From the NCBI RefSeq assembly GCF_018977255.1, contig NW_024704742.1:60328001-60392000 (forward strand): 64,000 nt of DNA, given 5' to 3'. The notes under the pieces are model-generated. The model saw only the letters and a list, made by a program, of their open reading frames with translations. It did no database searches and had not been told where the DNA came from. Both the position numbers and the translations under genes were made by a program. Below, piece by piece: positions 53,167 through 64,000 of this stretch (positions are counted from its first letter, which is position 1; each line of letters opens with the position of its first letter). Origin of the DNA: Callorhinchus milii. Taxonomy: Eukaryota.

Positions 53167-53538
53167 CGGAGTCTTGTAACTCAGTGGTTAGAGCGCTCGC
53201 CTCGCAAGCGAGATACTTGGGTTCTATTCCCAGCAGAGCGAAATGTTGGGCAAGTTTCCTTACTCCATATGCGTCTGTTTATCTAGCAGCACATAGGAAC
53301 CTGGTTGTTAGTCGATTGACGAATCGCTTTTCAGGGGATATTAATCCCTAAAAAAAACAATAATAATTTTATCACTCAATCCACGACTGTTTGTGGGACA
53401 CTGCTGTGCGCAATTGGCTGCTACGTTTTGCCCACAAATATACAGTCAATTCACTTTTGCAGTATATTCTGTGAAGTGCTTTGAGACATCTAGAAGACGT
53501 GAAAAGCGCTATATCAAATGCAAGAATTATTATTATAA
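53167..53538 (+). mobile_element. SINE family A, long form
   Basis: Complete element including the central segment. Confidence 0.9.
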
Positions 53539-54679
53539 TGGGTATGGGCAGGGGTATGGGGTTTTGAGAGGCATTGGCATTGAATGAATACCTTGCTCTG
53601 AGAGCTGATACAGACGCGATGGGCTGAATGGCCTCCCTCCATGGTGTAAATTTCTGTGACTCTAATGATCCACTGAACAATATGAATAAATTGCTCATAG
53701 AAGATTCTTGCAATTTCTAGCAGAAACCCTGGCAACCGTCATATTTTAAATAAATAGTTCAGGTTACGTATTAGCCATGAATGAATGTAATGTGGAAATG
53801 TGTAACTGCATGACCTTTGGATACACCAATGTATTTTTGCCCAGACAGTATTTCTGAATCTCAGAGTTCCTTTTTTTCCTGCAACAAAACATTTTATCAA
53901 CTGTAAAATCCATTTACCAACACAAAAATGTTCACTGTGATAGACTACATACAAAAATTGAATCTGGCAAGCTTTTTGTAGAAGCAAATTGTTTACCAAG
54001 ATAATAGACTTCTCAAAATGTTTTTTTTTATATACGCAATGTTTCTGCCGTCAAATTTATTGTGAGCAACTGATACGAGAGTCCAATATAATTATGTTCC
54101 CTTCAACATAACGTTGATCTGAAGGTTTATTTTCATTATTAATTCTTTAATGAAAGTATATTTGTTTCACAGAATTCCTTTGGGACGTAATAATGGAAAG
54201 TGGAGAGATAAAGGATGTTGAGGCGACAATCGTGTTATCGGACTGAATTTAAACCAGTACTGCTGTATGACTGTTTATTTTTCTTCTTGGAAAATTTGCA
54301 AAATATGATTATCAAAGATGAAGTAATTGTAATTTCCCTCGTACCCTCTTAAAAAATAAATCTGTTAAAATAGAAATACAAGGGGTAAATGATATGATTA
54401 AATATTTCCTATAAGACACTTGGTTTATTTATTTTGCTTCAAGGCAGCATATATATTTTATGAACATGATTTCTGCAGATGTTTCAGCCTAACACTCTTT
54501 GAGCGGATAGAACAAACTGTCCTGATTTTGCTAGCGATTGTTGTCGGCTCCGTTCAGATTTCATGGAGAGGAGATGAAGGATGACATTCACATGTAGTGA
54601 AGATAGAAAAACTTGAGTTTGGACATTGTTCTATCCTCTTACAGCACTTCATATGACTTGCATGAATACTATTTGTATA

Positions 54680-55092
54680 TCAGCCTGGCTCAATTGGTAC
54701 CACTCTCACCTCTGAGTCAGAAGTTTGTGGGTTCAAACCCCATATCGAGACTCTTAACTCGTATGGTCTTGGCTAATGCTCCAATAGGTTGGAAGTGTCA
54801 TCCTTCAAATGAGATGTTGAATTGAAGTCCTCTCTGCCTGTTCAAATGAAAGTTAATGGGATGTTATGGGACAGTCCCACTATTCAAAACAGAAGGGAGT
54901 TTCTCTCAGTGTCCTGGCCAACAATCTCCGAGATAAAACTAGTCATTCACTTCCTCTGGTTATTTGGAGGACATTGCTGTGTGCAAATTGGCTGCTGCAT
55001 TTTGCCTACAAATTATTGTAAACTGTACATTTTACCTGTACCTGTGGAAAGTTACTACATAAAATGCAAGGATTATAGTTATTATATTATTA
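54680..55092 (+). mobile_element. SINE family B
   Basis: tcagcctggctcaattggtaccactctcacctctgagtcagaag head to tail. Confidence 0.82.
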
Positions 55093-57142
55093 TAACAAAG
55101 TCTAACCATATTCATAGTGAAAAGTCATGATGAAACTCAAATCTTATTTTAATGTTTTGAGGACCAGCTCTATGTTGGTACCTGATCTCACAGTCTAAGA
55201 TAACTGCATAAACCATAGTTTATGTTTTCCATTACTTAACACTGAGCTAAATTGTTACCCATTAGGGGAAGCACACTTTGAGCAATTTCTATGTTGCAAA
55301 TTTTAAACATTATATCTAGGTCCAAATTATTTCTTTTGTTTTATATTTTTTTCCACAATAGATCAGACAAAACACTCCAAGCTTTCAGATTCCACACCTC
55401 TTAACGTCTCGAACTCTCTCTCTCTTAAGTCCCTCCTTGAAATCTACCTCTTCAATCATACCTATGGTCATTTCATCCCTCTCTCCTGCTCTGAATGTTA
55501 CCTCGTCATTTATGAAGCACTCTAAGACGTTATCTTATGTGAAAGGTGTTATAAAAATGCAAGTTGTTGCGTAGCTGTTGTGTATTGGCATGTATCTGTG
55601 TGTAGCAGTAATGAGACCTGATATGGCTTCCTTCTGCCCCAACAGTTCATGGTACCTTCTGCCCCAAATGGCTCATTTTATGCTGGGAGACCTGTCTTTA
55701 TTTTTTAACTTGTCAAGGTTGAATTGTCAACAAAATACTTAATTTGACAGAAAGCTCTATTTTTCCTTTATAATTGATCAAATTACTCCAAGTGCTGTAG
55801 TTTAGCTGCTTTGCAGTAAACAGATAAAACAATGATGGTACTGATCCCTAAAAATATAGTCAGCCCCAGTTTTGAGATGGCCCAGGATTAAATTCTTCAC
55901 AAAGTTCAAAGCTGATGCTTTACGTCCAAGGACAGTTCAAATTTCAACTTGTTATACAGAGCAAGCATATGATTTGAGACAAAATTAAGATTAATCACAG
56001 TCTTCCCCATATTGTTACACAGACATTACACATTCGCCACCTATCGATGTCCTTGTCTAAAACGCCTCATTGTTAAACATACCATTCTTCATACCAGTGG
56101 TCTGTTTGCATTTCAACCTGGACAGTGGCAATACAAAGATCCCCTTGTTTATTTGTCTCTAATTTTAAAATAAACATTAAAACTCCAAGTAAATTGAGTT
56201 TTAAGGCAGCATAACTTTTTTTTAAATATAAATTTCAAAATGACTTTGCCGAACTGAGTTTCCGCATGTGATTTGTTTTAATTACCTTATACCTGTCATG
56301 ACTTCCTCAGTAATTACAATTTTCAGGTATCGCTAACTTCAGATGAGAATAAATGGCTCAACTGTCTTGCCAATTAAGGGGTGAATTGAATAGAATTGCG
56401 TTGAAAGGCCTTCTCCAGAACAAAAATGTGGTGTACCATTATGCCCTTAGAACAAAGTTTATGGGAGCAATAATAAAGTGTGTCCTAATGAGGACCATTA
56501 GGGATATAAAAAAGCGGGGGGAAAGAAATGTCACTGAGCCAACTTCCTCTATAGGCTACGTTCCATTACCTTATCGGAGATTCTACTGCATTTGCTTAAT
56601 GTCATAGAATTACAAAGAATTATGTATTATGTAAACAGGCTATTTGTTGCAACCAGTCCAAGGAGATGACGGGAAATGCATTAAAGAGGTAAGTCTTAAG
56701 CCAGGCTTTGAAAGTGGGGAAGAAGAGGATGAGTCGGAGGGAACCTAAGAAGGAGTTCCAGACAGAGTTCCAGCTCTCCTACTGGATGTGGGACATGAAG
56801 CAGACCAATGTTCACTGAGCAAAGGAAGCTGCTGGATGGTAGGTTTGTAGTATGGCACAAGGTGAGATGAGAAGGAGCGATGAGAACGAGAATGAAAGAT
56901 GAGAATAAGGATCTTGAATTAAATCAAAGGAGAATAGGTTACCTTCAGAAAGATGTGAAGCAAATAAAAAGTGTGGGGTGCAGATAAATGCAAGCCAATA
57001 AATATTGAGCCAAGAAACAGAAAGTATGTACCAGATAAAAGGATGTTTGCGGGGAGAGATGGAGAAGAAAAGCATTCGTAAAAATTGGGCAGAGCAGTAG
57101 GAACAGGCTTTTAATGCAGACAAGCGAAAGGTAATTGCTGCA

Positions 57143-57483
57143 TTATGAGGTGTTTAAAATATTAAAAGGATTTGATAGAATAGATACAGAGAAACTATTT
57201 CCTCTTGTGGCGGGATCCAGAACAAGAGGCCATCATCTTAAAATTAGAGCCTAGCAATTTAGGAGTGAAATCAGGAAGTACTTTTTCACACAAAGGGAAG
57301 TGGAAATCTGGAACTCTCCCCAAAAAGGCTGTGGATGCTGCATCAATTGAGATTTTCAAGATATGTGTTAGGTAAGGATATCATGCAAAGGCAGGTAAAT
57401 GGCGCTGAGGTACAGATCAGCCATAATCTGATAGAATGGTGGAACAGGCTCAAGGGCTGAATGACCTACTCCAGTTCCTATGG
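57143..57483 (+). mobile_element. CR1 3' end
   Basis: EVFKILKGFDRIDTEKLFPL..SRTRGHHLKIR..RKYFFTQR..IWNS, then 3'UTR. Confidence 0.9.
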
Positions 57484-59096
57484 TCCCAGGTTACTATGCA
57501 CGTTTCAGATGAAATGTTAAACCAAGGTTCTGTCTCCCTTTTCAGAAGGACATTCTGTTTGAAAAGAGAAGAGATTTCCCCTTGGTGTTCTGACCAAGAG
57601 TCCCTCAGATAAACTGATCTTTTCTTTTAGTCAGTTAGGTGTCCCATGCGGAAATCCCTCACCACAATTCCAACATCCCATTGCCAAGCACGTCACCTTG
57701 AAGCCAGCTCAGTTCTGGATTGATCATTCACTTCATGGCTGTTTGTGGCACCATGTTATGTGCAAATTAGCTGGCATGGTTGCAAATGAATAGAGTCACT
57801 ACACTTGACAATGATTAACTGTGAAAATCTTTGAGAAGGGTACATTATAGGCACTCCATGAAATGGAAGGATCATTGTGAGGAAAGAGGTCTTTCTAAAG
57901 CACACTTGAGGAAAACGCATATGTAATACATTTGCTAGTATCTAGCATGGTGAAGATCCATTCCCATGGGAACAGTCTATATCTTCTCACAGGAATTTGA
58001 ACATTATGTGGATAATATTTTGAAGGACAGCTTAACCTTAATGGAGTACTGGGTGAAGGATGCATTAAATCAGTGTTTCTACTGCTATTTTGCAGGAAGC
58101 CGGAGGGGTGAATGAGCAGATGCTGAGGCCTCCCATGAGGAAGGAATGCATGGTAGGGTTTATTTGTTACGCAAAATGTAGCAATAAAGCTTTATGAATG
58201 TTATGGTCTATGTTAAAATATTATGTTTGACACTTCTCGTTAACTGATTTTAACAGTGCAAGCAATGCATAAAGCTGACAGAATATTTCTTATATCTATC
58301 ACTTTATATCCCAAAGGAATGTTGCTTTTAAATGAATATTAATATCACATTGTTCTCTTAGGTACTGTATTTTGTACTTTGAAAACTGGTTCATGTAAAA
58401 TCTGCATATTTTAGTTGCATTTAAAAATTGATTTGGAGATGGTTGATTTCAGATTCTGATGAATCGAAGAATTCTACCTAGATTGTTCTGCTTTCTAAAT
58501 GTAGGCATCAGGGTGAGAGTATTCACAGTAGTGTGGTTAGTTATATTTATCCTAAAACAGTCTAGTTTGATTCAGTCCAGAATTTACTGAATGGTTAAAA
58601 GTTGTTCTCTTGATCTATTAGTTAAACAAATTATAGCATAACATGGATTACTAAGAGAGGAAAGGCTGCAATATTTGCTAGGTTGCCACAATACAATTGA
58701 AGGTGAATCTCCAGATGATTATAGATAATAATAGATAATAAATCTTTGCATTTAATAGCATGCCAGAAAGATGTCTCAAAGTGATTCACGGGATTTACTG
58801 TAAAGTGTGGTCACTATGTATTTTGTAGGAAAACACAAAAGCCATTCTTTGCACAGCAATGTCACGCAAACAGCCATGATGAGGTTTGGATGAGAGTTTA
58901 AAATTTTATTGCATTTCAATGCACGGGATGTTTTCAGCAGAATTTAGTTCCAATTACGTATCTAGGGATAATAATAATAATTCTTGCATTTGATATCACA
59001 CCTTAATAATAATTTCACAGGATTTCTGTGAAGTGTAGTGACACATTTTACACGGATCAAGAGGAAGGTGTGTTGACATACTTTAAAATATTTCTA

Positions 59097-59206
59097 CTGG
59101 GGAGACTTCCAGTGAGTGTTATGCACATAGCCTCTGGCCACCAATGGGATATCCAATTATAGCTGATCATTGCCGAAGGCACAAGGCTCACTGGAAGTTT
59201 TCCCTG
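59097..59206. mobile_element. 110-bp TA-flanked hairpin MITE
   Basis: 20-bp TIRs (17/20 match) at 59097-59116 and 59187-59206; TA on both sides. Confidence 0.65.
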
Positions 59207-60109
59207 TATTTGGATGTTCTTTTCTCTACTGAGAAATTTCTAATATCTGGCAGACAAACAGCTTTTCTTAGTACAATATTTTATTAGGGGACTATTAGTA
59301 TGTGATAACTGTGCTTTGCGACAGTAATCACTCCTTTTATAAACCCATGATGTGTATCTCACCCACCCCCACAGAGTGTACTAGGTAGCCTTTGTGACTG
59401 ATCCCTCTCCATGAGTCAAGTCTCTAATTTTAAGATGTACTTCACTCGTGAGATTTACCACCACGACAAGAATTGCCAATTCCCGTTTATATTACAGCTA
59501 ATTAGGAAACTTCTGTCAGCAGTCCACCACACCAGCAGACTAACGTAGGCTCAACCATTTTATATGTCCTTTACTTCCAGACTGATCACAGAGACTTGAG
59601 AAAGCATGGTCAAGAAAACTGTTGTTCCACGAAGCACACAACCCAAAGCATTAGCAACTTAAACACTTCCCAACAAATGAGAAAAATACAATGTAAAAAA
59701 TAACAAACACTAAAATAATAGTTTAACTAAACACCAGCTAGCAGCCATTCAACAATGAGTTAGTGAAAGAATCCACTGAAAAACCAATTCCTGGCCTAGA
59801 GGATTACTCCTCAGTAACAATTAGGCAAGTATTTTTGGTGTCATTAAGTAAACAGTGACCTTGAGCAACATGCGCTTGCTCCTTTTATAGGCATCGAGTC
59901 CCTTTCATAATAAGGAATACGCAATGACAATTTAGTTACACCAATTACTTGATGTAATTGATGCCTTTTTAATGATCCAATGGGATCCACGCACCAATTG
60001 CCTAATGGAATAGGTGCGTTTTTCAATCTGCTGGGAACACAATGTATCAGCAGTGACCCTGCCACCTGGGTCTAAACAACTTTCTTATCCTACAAAATTG
60101 TTTTTCATG

Positions 60110-60518
60110 TCTATAAACGCAGACTCCATGTCATCTCTCCGACCTACTATCTCCCTACCTACCTGCCCGTACCCTCCATTCCTCTGGCTCCGATCTGCTC
60201 CACATCCCCCGCCCCAACTGCCCTACCATCGGTGGCCGGGCCTTCAGCCTCTCAGCCCCGAGGCTCTGGAACTCCATCCCCCAGTGCCTTCACCGCTTCC
60301 TCCCTTTCCTCCTTCAAGGCCGGTCTCAAGACCTTTCTCTTTGACCGTGCCTTCAGCTCTCCTCTCGACTCTCTACCCCCTCCTCGCTCCCTCCATTCCC
60401 TCCCCTCACCCTGACCATTTCCCCTCTGCTCGGGCCCTGACCCAACTGTACAGCGCCTTGGGACGTCCTCCCGACGTGAAAGGCGCTCTATAAATGGAAT
60501 CTTGTTGTTGTTGTTGTT
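60110..60518 (+). mobile_element. Young L2 3' fragment
   Basis: IGGRAFSLSAPRLWNSIP and SLSSFKAGLKTFLF motifs, CpGs intact, stem-loop and (TTG)n tail. Confidence 0.92.
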
Positions 60519-61060
60519 ATAAAGAAAAACGGCCACCTTCATTGTCATCAGATTGCTATGGTGGGGGTTGATGTAATTTCCTGGTATTCACTTTCTCTCT
60601 CCAAACGCCTCTATTCTCTTCTTCATGTATGCATCAAGTTTCCTCTGAAGTGCATCAATGTGTTCTGCAATGCATTGCTGATTTTTCCATTCAGTGTGAC
60701 AGACCTTTGAGAAACAATTTAACTTTAAATGTAACTTCATTTTTGCAGCATTTAAATAATGGTAGTGAACAGCTGAAAGCAAGTCTCAAATCAAGTCATT
60801 GAGAAACACTGCCCTAGTGTGTTCATATGCAGCTGCTCCAATTTAACAGAATCTTACTCGATATCATTTCAATTTTTATTTTTATAAGAAAAATCATTTT
60901 AGCAAACAGTTGTAAACTCTTCCCAACCTGTATGAAAGCTCTCCATGAGTTAAGCAAGCAAGGTATATCTCTCCAGGCAGAGAGACCACACTCTGTGCCA
61001 TGCAAAAAGAAATCATGCATTATATATGTGGAACTCTTCAAATTTGGGTAGGAAACTTTG

Positions 61061-61064
61061 AATA

Positions 61065-61102
<38 letters not shown>

Positions 61103-61365
61103 GTCCTTACATTTGATACAGTACCTTATCATGCTGTTGGGATGTCTCAAAGCTCTTCACAAAATATATTGTAAAGTCAAGTAACTGTTGTGTTTTGTAG
61201 GCGAAACACGGCAGCCAATTGCACGCAGCAGTAACCCACAAACAATCGTGGATTGAGTGGACCCTTTTTTTCGGGATTATTATCCTCGGAAAACAATCTG
61301 CAAATCGACTAATAACCAGGTTCCTACTTCTTATTGGGTAAACAGAGGCATATGGAATAAGGAAA
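61061..61365 (-). mobile_element. SINE A long form, 5'-truncated, with expanded (TAA)n tail
   Basis: Family body; (TAA)n run at about 61069-61102. Confidence 0.82.
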
Positions 61366-64000
61366 TGTATTAATTATTAGTTTTATTAATTATAGAATTG
61401 TATCATAATATTAACAAAATGATAGATTTCTGTGTGTGTTTTCTGTTTTGGATAAAAATAAAAGACACTTTATGAAATTGAATCTAGGGTTTCACATCAG
61501 GTGTACTCAACAGAAATGCACAAATACTTAACCAAAAGCAAAGATACAATGGAATAAACAAACAAACAAACAAATAAACAAATGAATAAATAAAAAAACA
61601 GAGTTCTCAGTAGTGGAAAGAACAGAAGAACATACTTTGCTGTGTGCACCTGGCATTTTGACCTCTGGACAAATGAAGATGTCCAAGGAAATTGGACACT
61701 CACTGTGATGAATGATTGAGAAGTAGAGGAATCTTCTGTAATGCATGTAATGAAACAGCACTATTATGTATGTTGCAATAGATAACTGTCATTGTAAATG
61801 TTTATTTAGTGAACTGTGACAATTTATTCCTTGCCTGTTTCTGATGTGAGCTGCTGTAACAATAAATGGAAGGACCAAATGACATGAAAGCAAAAATACA
61901 AATAAAGTGATTTAAAAAGACTTTAGGAAGAAAAAGCTGATCAGAATAGCAAACGACAATCAAACAAACTCCTGAATTGTTGCAGTTTAAATCTCATATT
62001 TCAATAATGCTTACACCAACTGTCAGAAGCCTATCATTATTTTTATTCTTAAAATGTTTGTGGTCACTTATTAACATTCATATCTCTGTTTATTTATCTA
62101 ATATCGCCCACAAAATACTCAGTCGCTCCACTTTACAATATATCCTGTGAAGCACTTTGAGATGGCCTCTTGATATGAAAAGGACTGCATCAAATGTAAC
62201 GATTATTATTATTTTCACTTGATATACTTGCAGTGAGAAAGAAATGTGAAGGTACAATGGTTTTATAGGCATTATTTGCTATTTACTGTTAATTTGCCAA
62301 CATTTTTAGGTCTCTGTGATAGATCAATATTCCATGCTTTTCTTAAGAAGAGACTTTCATGTACACTTTTATGCATATAAGTTCCACCAACCTGCTGAAT
62401 TTTTTTCTCTATTGTTTATTGCATTGAAGATAGGATTTTCTAGTTAGAAATTCAGGGACTCTGGCCTTTTGTGTGATAAATCCAAATAAGATGGTTGAAT
62501 CAGAGTCCTTTGTGGGTTTGAAGAGGGAAGTAAACAGATACATGATAGAAAATGGGGCATGTAGGTAGAAAGGGGCAGTGGGATTCAATGAACAGCTTGC
62601 TCTTAGAGATTCTGCAGGCCCTATGAGCTGAATGGCTTCCTTCTGCTTTGTAAATTTCTTTGATTCTTTGATTTTAAAGCTTTATCGACTCAATGAAAGT
62701 GTGTGTACTGTTTATTGGAGTTTAATCAACTGTTCAGAACTGCTGTCCAATTTATATAGTGCCCCTCACATAGGGTAGCGCTTGACTGGCATAGCATGAC
62801 GCCGAGCTGGGGGAGTGCATATGACTGATAGGGGTGGTAGAGTTTTGGTGACTCATAACATGGTATAAGGAGGTAACGTTGGAGAAGAAGAATTCTGAGT
62901 GGAAGAGTATTCATGAGTTAATTAAATAATTGTTCCCAGGTGAGGTGGACATCACTTGCACTCCAACCTAAGGGAAACTCCTTCCCCTTGTGTGGTTGCT
63001 AGATACCACACCCTTGCTCAGCTCACTCATTTACTTGGCTTTTTGGCTGTTCCGCTTCTCACTTGCCAGATGGTGCTAGGGCAGATTGTGTCTCGTTGGA
63101 ATATCTGAGCACAAATGAACTGAATCAAAAAAGGAAAGGCGAACTGGTTTTAACCCTTTCAACATTTGTCTACCGGAATTTCTACTCACACATTTCTTTG
63201 AATCTGGAACGCTAAGGCATTTCTTTACATCCACTTGAATCACAGGCCAGATGGAGCTTAAACAATTAATAAAACAATCAAAAAAGAGGTGTAATTACTG
63301 GCAAATTTATTTCTTGATGATAACATTTTATTATAATTAAATTAAAAAATCATAACATTTTAACGACAGGGACAATAAAATGTCATTGGAGTCCATCTGG
63401 CCAATCCCAAAGTAAAAGAAAAATTATTAAGGAAATAAATAATCTTAAACTTTCGTATAATTTTTTTTCACTTTATAATACAAAAAATGCCATTGCTGCA
63501 GATTCATGTTGAGGTATCAAAGCAGCATCTGAGGTCTTTATAATATCTTCAACACCTGAAATAATTGGAAGCAGTCAGAGGAGCCTTAAAAGATAGATTG
63601 AGAAAGAAAGAGACATGAAAACGATGCAGTGATGGCTGATGAAGTGGTGCATAACCACACTTGATGCAGGGGATTGGAAAAATATGAAGGAAAATGACAA
63701 ATGTAGTAATGGTAAGGGAAGATAATTGGTAGGGTGCTGAGAAAATAACATGACACATGGAAAAAAGAGGTTGCATTATGAGTACCACTAGTTTATCTCT
63801 ATTGTTTACCTATGGTAGTGCTTGGGGATAAACTTCCCAGTTATATCAAATTTGACATCTTTGAACTTTGGAAACATTTTGCATTTTTATATGCTTCAGT
63901 TTATCTAAATGGTAATGGTAATATTTTGTTTTCATGCTTCAATCCACTACTTGCAAATTCTTTGCAAATTGCGCCTCTATAACACAAGGTTACAAACTAA

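Noticed and set aside
1..64000. CRISPR arrays, operons, rRNA or prokaryotic systems
   Set aside because: Sequence is vertebrate-like; repeats are dispersed retroelements, not regularly spaced arrays

Overview
Eukaryotic, AT-rich, CpG-depleted vertebrate DNA with no intact protein-coding gene that I can support. The repeat content (tRNA-derived SINEs with L2-type tails, Deu-domain-like SINEs, L2 and CR1 LINE fragments) resembles a cartilaginous fish such as a chimaera; this is inference only. Most ORFs in the track are repeat fragments or chance frames. The non-repeat signals are: (1) a small CpG-rich promoter-like patch at about 18.0-18.25 kb with a GC box, an NRF1-like site and a strong + strand splice donor; (2) a chain of phase-compatible exon-like segments on the - strand (about 19.5-25.3 kb) with nonsense codons, possibly an unprocessed pseudogene of unidentified family; (3) several repeat-free, CpG-retaining, homeodomain-motif-rich blocks that look like conserved non-coding elements. 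Notable mobile-element structure includes a TA-flanked Tigger/pogo-like element carrying three perfect TGATTGACAG decamers, a 110-bp hairpin MITE, a third poly(A)-tailed LINE family with many 3'-end copies, and a compensatory stem-loop shared by SINE and L2 tails. Boundaries of old repeats are approximate, and many smaller SINE-tail fragments are not listed.
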